A DNA stretch of 64,000 nucleotides from an uncultured Acholeplasmataceae bacterium (GTDB taxonomy: Bacteria; Bacillota_I; Bacilli_A; Acholeplasmatales; Acholeplasmataceae), in contig CAKMKH010000060.1 in assembly GCA_927441705.1 (NCBI GenBank), positions 13,194 through 77,193 on the forward strand, written 5' to 3'. Under the pieces are notes generated by a model, which ran no database searches, was not told where the DNA came from, and worked only from the letters and a program-made list of their open reading frames with translations. Made by a program: the position numbers and the translations under genes. This document shows, piece after piece, positions 47,602-56,425 of this stretch (its first letter is position 1; each line of letters begins with the position of its first letter).

Positions 47602-47988
47602 TTATTCGATTGATAAACTGTTTGTGTTTAGGCTTAATCCAGGTTGTTCTAATGATTTGTTGATATCAAATGTAATCATGCCATATGTCATGTCTTTGCT
47701 ATCATAACTTGAACTACTATCATAAAGATTAATAGTTAATAAATAAGTAGAAGTGCCAATGCTTTCAAAATGCTTTTCGTAGACTTGACTTGCAATATTG
47801 TAAGCAATTTCTTCGATTTCTTCAATTGTTTTTATTTTATTTGGAACAACGACGTCAATATTGATTTTATCAGAAAATATTTCTTCGTTTTTAATCGTTA
47901 TTTCAACATCTTCAACTTCATTATTTGTACAACCAATAAGTGTGAATATCAATGCAAATATAAATAGAATACCATATATTTTTTTCAT
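47602..47988 (-). CDS. small lipoprotein, unknown function
   Basis: MKKIYGILFIFALIFTLIGC contains a lipobox. I prefer the start at Met9 of the track ORF. It lies immediately downstream of the pullulanase gene. Confidence 0.5.
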   Translation of the reverse strand: MKKIYGILFIFALIFTLIGCTNNEVEDVEITIKNEEIFSDKINIDVVVPNKIKTIEEIEEIAYNIASQVYEKHFESIGTSTYLLTINLYDSSSSYDSKDMTYGMITFDINKSLEQPGLSLNTNSLSIE

Positions 47989-47989
47989 A

Positions 47990-50920
47990 TTACTCACCAC
48001 TTCCTTCATCATTTAAAGTGACATTATATTTATAACCTTCAACAATCAAGGTGTAATAATATAATTTGTAACCTTGATATGGATCATCAACGCCTATGGT
48101 GATGGTATATCTACCAGGCGTATTGACATCATGATAATTTGAAGTATAAATGCTTGCGTTTTCATTTAAAATCTCTATGTTTGATAGAGGATCAAATGTT
48201 TGTCCATCTTGAATGACTACTTCAGATTTTTTAATAGAGATTGGAGCTCCTAAATCTTCAACTAAAATCATTGTTGTATTGGCAGGTACGAAGATAGCAT
48301 CAGTAACTGTATCAATGCCTTGAATGTTTGCTTCTAATGTGTTTGTTAAGATTCTATATGGAACACCACTATCAAGCATGACTCCAGTTAAACCAAATCT
48401 AGGGTTACCACTATGAATAACAACGATATCTGGATGATTTGTGCCACCAGTTAATTTAAATGCGATACCTTCATTACCAGCATCAGTATCTAAGAATGTT
48501 AGGTTTGCTTTGATAAGTTCAGCATCATTCATTCTAAATTGCGGGTATTTTTTTCTAATTTCAATAAGTACTTTATAATATTCAAAGACATTATTGTATT
48601 CTAATTTACGATCCCATCTCATCTGATTTACTGAATCTGGTGATTCATAAGAGTTATGATCGTAGCCACCTAACCCATCAGGTTTAGATCTCATGAATTC
48701 AACACCAGCATGTAAGAATGGAATACCTTGAGATGTTAAAATGATTGCATTTGATTGAATTTGCATCTCGTCGATGATTGAGTTACTTACTTTTGTTAAT
48801 TTTAGTTTATCGTAGAGTGTATTGTTATCGTGTGCTGATACGTAATTTATGGTTTGATTTGGATTCAAATGCCATTCATTAAATTCAGTAATACCAGGAA
48901 ATTCGATACCGCCAACGATCCCGTACATAATACCTTGTGTTGTATAAGTAGTTGCATTACCTTGAACCCACCCTTTTTCTGCTGATTGGAATACTGAGCC
49001 TTTAACAGCATCTCTTGTGATATCATTAAATGCGCCAACCAAGTTCATGTTTTTGATGTTATCTTTTCCAGCAGCTTCGCTATTTGAAAGAGGAGTAGTT
49101 CCACCGTTCCATGGTTCACCATAAACTATGATTGTTGGATCGATTTCTTCAAGCATAGCTTGGATTTCATTCATTGTGTCATAATCATGAAGTGCCATTA
49201 AGTCAAATCTGAATCCTGACATGTTGTATTCAGTTGCCCAAAATTCAACAGAATCTACCATGAATTTTCGCATCATTGATCTTTCAGATGCAGTTTCATT
49301 ACCGGTTCCTGAACCGTTAGAAAAACCACCATCTTCAGTTAATCTATGATAATATCCAGGTACAATTTTATGGAAGTTGGATGTTGCTGATTCACCTGTG
49401 TGATTATAAACAACATCCATAATAACTCTTATTTCTTTTTCATGAAGTGCCATAACGACTTGTTTGAATTCATTAATTCTTAATTGTCCATCAAAAGGAT
49501 TCGTAGAATAAGATCCTTCTAAAGTATTAAAATGATAAGGCATATAACCCCAATTGAATAGATTTTGGTATGCTGGGTTATTAGCCACTTCAACTTCATC
49601 GACATATCCAAAATCAAATATTGGAAGCAGTTGAACTGCATTTACACCTAATTCTTCGATATGGTCTAGACCTGTTGTGACTGTATCGATACCATTGGTA
49701 TATGTTGTATCGGTTTCAGTTAAACCTAAGAATTTTCCGCGATAACTTTCTGTACCATTCCATGTATTATGTGTCGTTAAATCTCTGACATGCAATTCAT
49801 AAACGATATAATCAGTTAAGTTTGTAATTGTGTCGGGTCTATCATTATATGTCCATCCGTTCGGGTTCGTTTGATCAAAATCAACAATCATGCCTCTTTG
49901 ACCGTTTGCGCCAGTAGAATAAGCGTATGGATCAGTAACTTCATAAGTTTGAGAGTTATTTACTACAGAAAATGTATAATATTTGAAGTCGAGATCTCCT
50001 GTTAATTTAATTTCCCAAGCACCACTTTCAATCCTATATAATGGTTCTGATTGATATGGTGTTAATTCATCATTTCGTTCACCGTCATTATTATAATTTG
50101 GATGACCTTGATTGTATAAATTTAAAGTTACAGATTCGCTTAATGGAGCCCACAATCTAAAGACTGTGTACTCATCTTCAAAACTTACACCAAGTGTGCC
50201 ATCATATGTGTAAAGATCTTCGAATGCTTTTGTATCGTAAATATTTTGTAGTGATACAATTGATTCGCTTGATAGTTCAGCATCAAATATAGCATTTACT
50301 GTATATGTTTTAGAAATATCAATACTTGGAACTGTTATTGTTGTTGTTTTAGATGTCGTTGTTCCAGATAAGATTAATATATCATTTTCATAGACTTCAT
50401 ATCCTCCAGCAGGGATATGTGTTGTTTTTAAAACGATTTGTTGTGTTTGATTAAACGCAACAGATAATATTTTCGCACGATAGTCGGGAATGTTATTTTC
50501 TAGGTCGCTATTTGATGTGCCAAATCGTAGATCGCCTTCCACAAAGTAAGCGTGTGCAACACCACCAATAACTTCAATCGTTTCTAAATCTATAAAACGA
50601 TCTCCACCTGGTTCACGATAACCATCCCATCCACCAGCTCTAATGATAATACCTAGTTTAGTTGCAGTAGGATAATCTGCTGATAAATCAACTTCATAGT
50701 ATACACCATGTTCATCTATTTGATTTGAATCAAAGTCGTGTTCAATTCCACCTAATGAAGCAGGTTCGCTTTCCCACATCCAGAAATCATAATTTGTGTA
50801 TGTCTCATCATATCTATAATAATGAACAACAAGTGTTGACGGTAGATCTGCTGCAATCGCAGAAACACCAAATGTTATTGATGTAATTATAAACAATAAT
50901 AATGTTAATATTTTTTTCAT
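47990..50920 (-). CDS. pulA: secreted type I pullulanase (CBM41-like N-terminus, GH13 core, C-terminal Ig-like domain)
   Basis: Signal peptide. LVVHYYRYDETYTNYDFWMW (PUD/CBM41-like). FNWGYMPYHF, VIMDVVYNHT, GFRFDLMALH, YGEPWNG and YVSAHDN. Confidence 0.9.
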   Translation of the reverse strand: MKKILTLLLFIITSITFGVSAIAADLPSTLVVHYYRYDETYTNYDFWMWESEPASLGGIEHDFDSNQIDEHGVYYEVDLSADYPTATKLGIIIRAGGWDGYREPGGDRFIDLETIEVIGGVAHAYFVEGDLRFGTSNSDLENNIPDYRAKILSVAFNQTQQIVLKTTHIPAGGYEVYENDILILSGTTTSKTTTITVPSIDISKTYTVNAIFDAELSSESIVSLQNIYDTKAFEDLYTYDGTLGVSFEDEYTVFRLWAPLSESVTLNLYNQGHPNYNNDGERNDELTPYQSEPLYRIESGAWEIKLTGDLDFKYYTFSVVNNSQTYEVTDPYAYSTGANGQRGMIVDFDQTNPNGWTYNDRPDTITNLTDYIVYELHVRDLTTHNTWNGTESYRGKFLGLTETDTTYTNGIDTVTTGLDHIEELGVNAVQLLPIFDFGYVDEVEVANNPAYQNLFNWGYMPYHFNTLEGSYSTNPFDGQLRINEFKQVVMALHEKEIRVIMDVVYNHTGESATSNFHKIVPGYYHRLTEDGGFSNGSGTGNETASERSMMRKFMVDSVEFWATEYNMSGFRFDLMALHDYDTMNEIQAMLEEIDPTIIVYGEPWNGGTTPLSNSEAAGKDNIKNMNLVGAFNDITRDAVKGSVFQSAEKGWVQGNATTYTTQGIMYGIVGGIEFPGITEFNEWHLNPNQTINYVSAHDNNTLYDKLKLTKVSNSIIDEMQIQSNAIILTSQGIPFLHAGVEFMRSKPDGLGGYDHNSYESPDSVNQMRWDRKLEYNNVFEYYKVLIEIRKKYPQFRMNDAELIKANLTFLDTDAGNEGIAFKLTGGTNHPDIVVIHSGNPRFGLTGVMLDSGVPYRILTNTLEANIQGIDTVTDAIFVPANTTMILVEDLGAPISIKKSEVVIQDGQTFDPLSNIEILNENASIYTSNYHDVNTPGRYTITIGVDDPYQGYKLYYYTLIVEGYKYNVTLNDEGSGE

Positions 50921-50979
50921 TTGAAATACCTCCTCTTAATACAAATATAACACGTATTTTGAATAAAATGTTAATAAGG

Positions 50980-50993
50980 TGATAGCGATTACA
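50980..50993. promoter_or_regulatory. cre-like site in the divergent pulA / starch-uptake control region
   Basis: TGATAGCGATTACA matches the cre consensus at 13 of 14 positions. Confidence 0.4.
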
Positions 50994-50997
50994 AAAA

Positions 50998-51011
50998 GGA
51001 AACGGTTGCAC
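50998..51011. promoter_or_regulatory. LacI-family-type operator (reverse strand TGCAACCGTTTCCT)
   Basis: Shares the TGCAA-N-CG core with the sites at 35040 and 57931. Confidence 0.4.
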
Positions 51012-51024
51012 AATAGCACATCAT

Positions 51025-51038
51025 TAAAAGCGTTTACA
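51025..51038. promoter_or_regulatory. cre-like site
   Basis: Reverse strand reads TGTAAACGCTTTTA, a 13-of-14 match to the cre consensus. Confidence 0.4.
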
Positions 51039-51114
51039 TTTTTCACGTTAATGTGATAAAATTTAAGAGTCAAGAATTATATTTGAAATTCTTAAAAAAT
51101 ATAGGAGGAAGAAA

Positions 51115-52587
51115 ATGAAAAAAGTTTTATTAGCCTTTTTCTTAGTACTGACAGTTGCGGCGTTTTTCGGAGTCAAAGCATCTGCTGCTGGTACAGGTAA
51201 CTTAGTTGTTCATTTCCAAGCTTGGGATGGCAATTATGAAAACATAGGATCATGGGCATGGGGAAGTACTGCAGCTGGTAAACGCGCTGATGGCACTGAT
51301 GATTTTGGTGCATATTACGAGTTTAATGATGTAGCTGTTGGAACAGAAGTAGGATTTATTGCTGTTTACTGGGAAGGCGACGGACCAGATTGGAATAAAA
51401 AATTAACTGGTGATGTTAATATTCCTGCTGACACAGTTATTGAAAACGAAACTGTTCATGTTTATGTGTTTGAAGGAGCTGCAACAGTTAAAACTGAAGG
51501 TGTGATCACTGATCCACAATCATTTGTTGCATCTAACGATCATTACAATATGTTATTAGTATATTTTGATCCATCAGGAAGCTATGAAGAAACACTTGGT
51601 GTTCATGCTTGGAACGGTTGGGTAAATGATGCCGATAAATATGGTACTGATTTTGGCGTTTGGGCTACACCTGCACAAATCTTTAGTGATGCTGGTAAAA
51701 CAGTTGATGGTTCTACAGTTAAGGCTGCTATGATCCAATCAACAACTGCTGATGCAGGTTTATTAGTATATGCTGGCGATGACGCTACTAAAAAGACTGG
51801 TGACGTAACATTAACTGCTGCTTTATCAGAAACACCTGCTTTAGGTGATACTGGTGTTGCATATGTTTTAAGTAAAGGTAATGCTTATGCTGCTGGAGAC
51901 AACGTTTTCTATAACGATCCTTCAACATTCTCAGAAGAAGCATTTACTTTTAAATTAACAGAATACAATGCTGAAGATCAAGATGGTACTTATGCAGTTG
52001 ATCCTTACACAATTATTGTTAAGACTAGTGCATTAGTTGAATCTCCTTATCCAGAAGCTGGCGTTAAGTATTTAGCTCAAAAAGAAATTGAAAGTTGGTT
52101 TAAAGTTAGAGCTAATTTAGGCGATGGAAATTATGGTTCAGCTTTAACTATTGACCGTGTTGACTTTGCTACTACAAATGATACATTAAATTCATTTGTT
52201 ATTATCTTAAAAACACCATTAGTTATTGAAGCAGAATATTCTGTATTCTTTGATAATGGTTTAGTACAAGCTGATATTGAATTAGCTATGGATACTGAAG
52301 CTCCAGTAATCACATTTATTTCACCAACTGGTATTGTTGGTAAAGATGCTGATGAAAGAATTATTGAAGTTCCTTGGGGAGCACCATTTAGTCAAAACTT
52401 ATTCCCAAGATTTAGAGCTACAGATAATCGTGATGGTGATTTAACATCATTCGTATTCGTACCTAAAGGTGCAAATTCAGTACTTGACACAAGAACTGAA
52501 GGCGATTATGTTATCGTATTGCGTGTTGTTGATGAATGGGGTAATGTTACAGAAGAAGCATTCACATTCAGAGTAGTGAAAGGTTAA
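51115..52587 (+). CDS. secreted non-catalytic alpha-glucan-binding protein (two CBM41/PUD-like modules plus a C-terminal Ig-like domain)
   Basis: Signal peptide ...VKASA. LVVHFQAWDGNYENIGSWAWG and LLVYFDPSGSYEETLGVHAWNGW repeat the PUD pattern of the pullulanase N-terminus. I recognise no GH13 catalytic regions. The C-terminus (DNRDGDLT...GDYVIVLRVVDEWGN) is DUF5011-like. Confidence 0.6.
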   Translation: MKKVLLAFFLVLTVAAFFGVKASAAGTGNLVVHFQAWDGNYENIGSWAWGSTAAGKRADGTDDFGAYYEFNDVAVGTEVGFIAVYWEGDGPDWNKKLTGDVNIPADTVIENETVHVYVFEGAATVKTEGVITDPQSFVASNDHYNMLLVYFDPSGSYEETLGVHAWNGWVNDADKYGTDFGVWATPAQIFSDAGKTVDGSTVKAAMIQSTTADAGLLVYAGDDATKKTGDVTLTAALSETPALGDTGVAYVLSKGNAYAAGDNVFYNDPSTFSEEAFTFKLTEYNAEDQDGTYAVDPYTIIVKTSALVESPYPEAGVKYLAQKEIESWFKVRANLGDGNYGSALTIDRVDFATTNDTLNSFVIILKTPLVIEAEYSVFFDNGLVQADIELAMDTEAPVITFISPTGIVGKDADERIIEVPWGAPFSQNLFPRFRATDNRDGDLTSFVFVPKGANSVLDTRTEGDYVIVLRVVDEWGNVTEEAFTFRVVKG

Positions 52588-52598
52588 GGAGGCCAACT

Positions 52599-53975
52599 AT
52601 GAAAAAATTTCTATTAATATTATTCGTAATTCTTGGTGGCTTATCTCTTGCTGCATGTAATGAAGATCCAGAAGATCCAACAGATCCAACAGATCCAACG
52701 GATCCAGATAACAATGGTGAATTAATCGATTTTGCTGACACATTTACTCAAAAATCAAAAATCCGTGTATGGATTGATGATGAAAATGGTGAATATATGA
52801 CAGCTGTTATTGAAGAATTCAACAAAGTTTATCCAAATATTATAGTTGAACACGAACATATGGGTAGTGTTGATGCTCGTGAACTTCTTAAAACATTTGG
52901 TCCTTCAGGAAATGGTGCTGACGTATTCCAATTTCCTCATGATCATTTAGCACAAGCAGTTTTAGAAGATTTAGTTTATCCACTTCCAGAAGCTACACGT
53001 ACAGCATTAGCTGAACGTTCAGCTGAATTAGGGTTACAAATTGCTACATTAACTTATGATGAAACTAACAACTCATTTGATCCTGAAAGTGAAAATGCAG
53101 TTGAAAGACTATATGCAGTTCCAATGTCATTAGAATCTGTTGGTTTATACTATAATACAGATTTAGTTGATACACCTGCTGCTACATTTGAAGAATTATT
53201 AGCTGCTGCAGACGTATGGAATGCTGCATTAGCAGACGATGATTCTGGCAGAACTAATGCACAAGCTGGCTTATATTACTTAGGTACTTCAAGTCACTGG
53301 GCAGACAGCTATTTCGTTCAAGCTATTTATTCAGCATTTGGATTCTATCCATTTGGTGTTAATTTAGATGATCCATCAGCTGTAGGTTTTGCAAATGCAG
53401 TTCCTGCTTTAACTTGGATGAGAGATGAATTAAAACCACGTACAACTGGTACTGGTTCTCATAACTCAATCGCAGCTGGCGGTAACTTTGAATTAGGCGA
53501 TATTCCTTATATCATTGCTGGTCCATGGAATATTGAAGCTTATAGAAATGCTGGTTTAAATTTCGCGATTGCTCCAATGCCAACAATTAATGGTAATGAT
53601 ACACAAACATTTGCTGGTGCTCAAATGGCAGCAGTATATAAATATTCTGAAAATAGAGAAGATGCAATTAAGTTTGTTGAATTCTTAGCTTCAGATATCG
53701 CAATGGAATTAATGTATGAATACAAAGGTAAATTACCTGCTCTTAAGACTGAATTCTTAGGCGACATTGAAGGTGTAAATACTGATACATTATTATTAGC
53801 TATGGCTGAACAATTAAAAACTTCAGTTCCAATGCCTACTATTCCTCAAGTAACTTATTACTGGGGACCAGGTGAAGTTATGATTATTGATGTTTGGAAT
53901 AACGGTGTTAATCCAACAACTGCAGCAGCAACTGCTGAACAATCATATAGAACTCGTGTAGGTTTAGCTGGTTAA
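52599..53975 (+). CDS. malE: maltodextrin ABC transporter substrate-binding lipoprotein
   Basis: Lipobox SLAAC. MalE/MdxE-like pattern (IRVWIDDE, VFQFPHD, IAGPWN, PMPT). Followed by malF and malG. Confidence 0.85.
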   Translation: MKKFLLILFVILGGLSLAACNEDPEDPTDPTDPTDPDNNGELIDFADTFTQKSKIRVWIDDENGEYMTAVIEEFNKVYPNIIVEHEHMGSVDARELLKTFGPSGNGADVFQFPHDHLAQAVLEDLVYPLPEATRTALAERSAELGLQIATLTYDETNNSFDPESENAVERLYAVPMSLESVGLYYNTDLVDTPAATFEELLAAADVWNAALADDDSGRTNAQAGLYYLGTSSHWADSYFVQAIYSAFGFYPFGVNLDDPSAVGFANAVPALTWMRDELKPRTTGTGSHNSIAAGGNFELGDIPYIIAGPWNIEAYRNAGLNFAIAPMPTINGNDTQTFAGAQMAAVYKYSENREDAIKFVEFLASDIAMELMYEYKGKLPALKTEFLGDIEGVNTDTLLLAMAEQLKTSVPMPTIPQVTYYWGPGEVMIIDVWNNGVNPTTAAATAEQSYRTRVGLAG

Positions 53976-54006
53976 TTTTAAAATTGTGAAATAAATTAAA
54001 CTGATG

Positions 54007-54036
54007 TGAGGCGGCATAATATTTATGCCGTCCTCA
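54007..54036 (+). other. intercistronic stem-loop between malE and malF
   Basis: TGAGGCGGCAT / ATGCCGTCCTCA stem with one bulge. No T-run follows it. Confidence 0.5.
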
Positions 54037-54061
54037 TTAGTTTATATATACGGAGGGCTCA

Positions 54062-56422
54062 ATGAAATTTTTTAGCATTATAAAAGCAATTGCTTCTGGG
54101 ATAATATGGGGCCTAGGACAATTATTAAACGGGCAATTTTTTAAGTTTCTATTCTTTTTTGTCGTTTTTGCCTTGTTCATAGGTATTGAACTTGGAACAT
54201 CTCATTATCAAGATGATATTAATGCTTATGATAAGATACCAGGCAAAGATATAGGTGATGATTGGTATGTTAACGGATTTATGGCGGAATACAACTATAA
54301 CAAATTAGTTGATGGAACGTCATATGAACCATTCGATCTTTTTATAGAAGATATAGGTGGTGCTGAAAACTTAACTGAAGAATTATTTATCGAGTTTTTA
54401 GCTCAAGACCTTAACAGTAAAAATCCTATAAGATATACAAATTTAGTTACAAGTGAAGATATTTTAGTTGAAGACTTTAATAGAGATTACACAGAAGAAA
54501 ACCTTGTTCATTTAGTCAGAAAACAAACTCTATATAAAGACGCTGAAGGTATTTACTACAGAGAAAGAAATGTAACTCAAGAAGACGGAAGCAACAAAAA
54601 AGAATATGTAGAAACTACGATTCTAACTGATGAATTTAATGAAGATAATGTTATAGAAAGTGTTGAAGAGTTAACATTATTTGTTAAATCAGGAGATATT
54701 TTTACATTTGATGGTAAGTATTATGTTAAGGTAACCGAAGGTGTTGTACCTAAATACATAGATTTACATACAGAAGAAATCGTCAGTGTTGAATCTCCGA
54801 CTAAGCTACCTATTGAAGGACCACTTTATCGCTTAGATGGACAAGTATATGAATATTATGAACCAAATCTAATTTATAATTCAAAGCGTATTCAATATAA
54901 AGAAACAGAATTCTTAGTGACTTTTAGACAAGCAATGAGTTATACATTCTCATATGCATGGAATACATATAACTCAACAGATTATTCGAAATTAATGATT
55001 AAAGTTTTTCATGAAATGAATCCTGAGATCAAGCAAAGTTATGAGGAGTCATATAATAACTTTTATTATGATCAAGGTGGCTTATTTATAAGAGGCTATT
55101 GGTCGGTCATAACTTTAGGGACAGCTCAGAAACTAAACATTAGTGGGCATATGGGTCTTATGGATGCGATGGTAGGTAATAGAGATAGTGAGTTTTCGCT
55201 ATTATCTATAATCTCAATATCTGAAACAGTGCCTATTCAAGGACATGTTTCAACCATGTTATTATTAGAAGGTCTTATTGGTGTAATCTTATCATTCTTT
55301 TTCTTCATCATTATGATATGGAGTATTAGAGATGCTTATGTGACAAGTGAGAAGAAACGCTTAAAACAAAAGGTATTAAAAGATGGTGCATATTTTAGAA
55401 ATGTTTATGAAGAAAGTTTTGAGTATATTGTATTATCACCAGCAATTTTCGTTCTAGCATTTATCTCTATCATGCCGATTGCATTTGGATTTGTTATCGC
55501 ATTTACTAGTATTTCTGGTAATGAATCAATGATGAACACATTTGATTGGGTAGGACTCACAAACTTTTTAGCTCTATTTAACTTTACATCAGGATTAGGC
55601 GCATCATTTGGTCTAGCATTCTGGAGGGTTTTAGGGTGGACAGTTGTTTGGGCAGTATTATCTACAGGAACAGTGTTCTTTGGAGGATTCTTACAAGCAC
55701 TCATTTTAAATAGTGAAAAAGTAGTATTTAGAAAATTATGGAGAACAATATTAATTCTTCCATGGGCTATACCAGCATTATTGTCTCAAATGGTATTTTC
55801 AGTTATGTTTAATGAAGTTGGATTTGTCAATAACTTCTTGCAAGACATAGGTATTTACGAAGTATTGAGAAATCTTAATATGCTCGGTGTTAGTTTCGAA
55901 AGTTTATCTGGTTTATCTAGATTGTTATATTTAGGTGAATCAAATATTCAATGGTTTAGTAATCCATTTAATCCAACCTTTGTTCGTGCAACATTAATTG
56001 TTGTAAATATTTGGTTAGGATTCCCATACTTTATGGCTTTGATGACTGGTGTCATGACAGCCATTGATAAAACGCTTTATGAAGCAGCAGATATAGATGG
56101 TGCATCGAGTATGCAAAAGATTGGTAAAATCACGATGCCACTTGTCTTATATTCAACTGCTCCAATTTTAATTATGACTTTTTCTGGTAATTTTAATAAC
56201 TTTGGAGTTATTTACTTCATTACTGGAGGTGGACCGAACGCTGGGGTTGCTAGCCGAGGTTTTGCTGGAGATACAGATATCTTGATTTCGTGGATGTATA
56301 CGTTAACTGTTGATTATTCAATCTTTAATATGGCATCTGTGTTCTCTGTATTGATCTTCTTGTTTGTAGGGTCTTTAACTGCATGGAACCTATCAAGAAC
56401 AAGAGCTTTCCAGGAGGATTAA
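54062..56422 (+). CDS. malF: maltodextrin ABC permease MalF-like, with an N-proximal extracytoplasmic domain of about 340 aa
   Basis: The C-terminal roughly 350 aa is a standard MalF/MdxF core with the EAA motif YEAADIDGASSMQKIGKITMP. Residues about 48-385 are hydrophilic and lie between TM2 and TM3. Confidence 0.85.
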   Translation: MKFFSIIKAIASGIIWGLGQLLNGQFFKFLFFFVVFALFIGIELGTSHYQDDINAYDKIPGKDIGDDWYVNGFMAEYNYNKLVDGTSYEPFDLFIEDIGGAENLTEELFIEFLAQDLNSKNPIRYTNLVTSEDILVEDFNRDYTEENLVHLVRKQTLYKDAEGIYYRERNVTQEDGSNKKEYVETTILTDEFNEDNVIESVEELTLFVKSGDIFTFDGKYYVKVTEGVVPKYIDLHTEEIVSVESPTKLPIEGPLYRLDGQVYEYYEPNLIYNSKRIQYKETEFLVTFRQAMSYTFSYAWNTYNSTDYSKLMIKVFHEMNPEIKQSYEESYNNFYYDQGGLFIRGYWSVITLGTAQKLNISGHMGLMDAMVGNRDSEFSLLSIISISETVPIQGHVSTMLLLEGLIGVILSFFFFIIMIWSIRDAYVTSEKKRLKQKVLKDGAYFRNVYEESFEYIVLSPAIFVLAFISIMPIAFGFVIAFTSISGNESMMNTFDWVGLTNFLALFNFTSGLGASFGLAFWRVLGWTVVWAVLSTGTVFFGGFLQALILNSEKVVFRKLWRTILILPWAIPALLSQMVFSVMFNEVGFVNNFLQDIGIYEVLRNLNMLGVSFESLSGLSRLLYLGESNIQWFSNPFNPTFVRATLIVVNIWLGFPYFMALMTGVMTAIDKTLYEAADIDGASSMQKIGKITMPLVLYSTAPILIMTFSGNFNNFGVIYFITGGGPNAGVASRGFAGDTDILISWMYTLTVDYSIFNMASVFSVLIFLFVGSLTAWNLSRTRAFQED

Positions 56423-56425
56423 ACT

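Noticed and set aside
47935-47995. An apparent 1-nt register mismatch between my hand translation across the 47940/47941 line break and the ORF track, which raised the idea of a frameshift at the pullulanase/lipoprotein junction.
   Set aside because: The ORF-track coordinates are self-consistent on both strands, and both proteins read through cleanly. This is most likely my own miscount of the printed line, so I make no frameshift or pseudogene claim. Hand-derived coordinates in this neighbourhood may be off by 1.
50814-51011. A 65-aa minus-strand ORF spanning the pullulanase start and the upstream spacer.
   Set aside because: It is out of frame with the pullulanase, has no RBS, and overlaps the predicted operator cluster.
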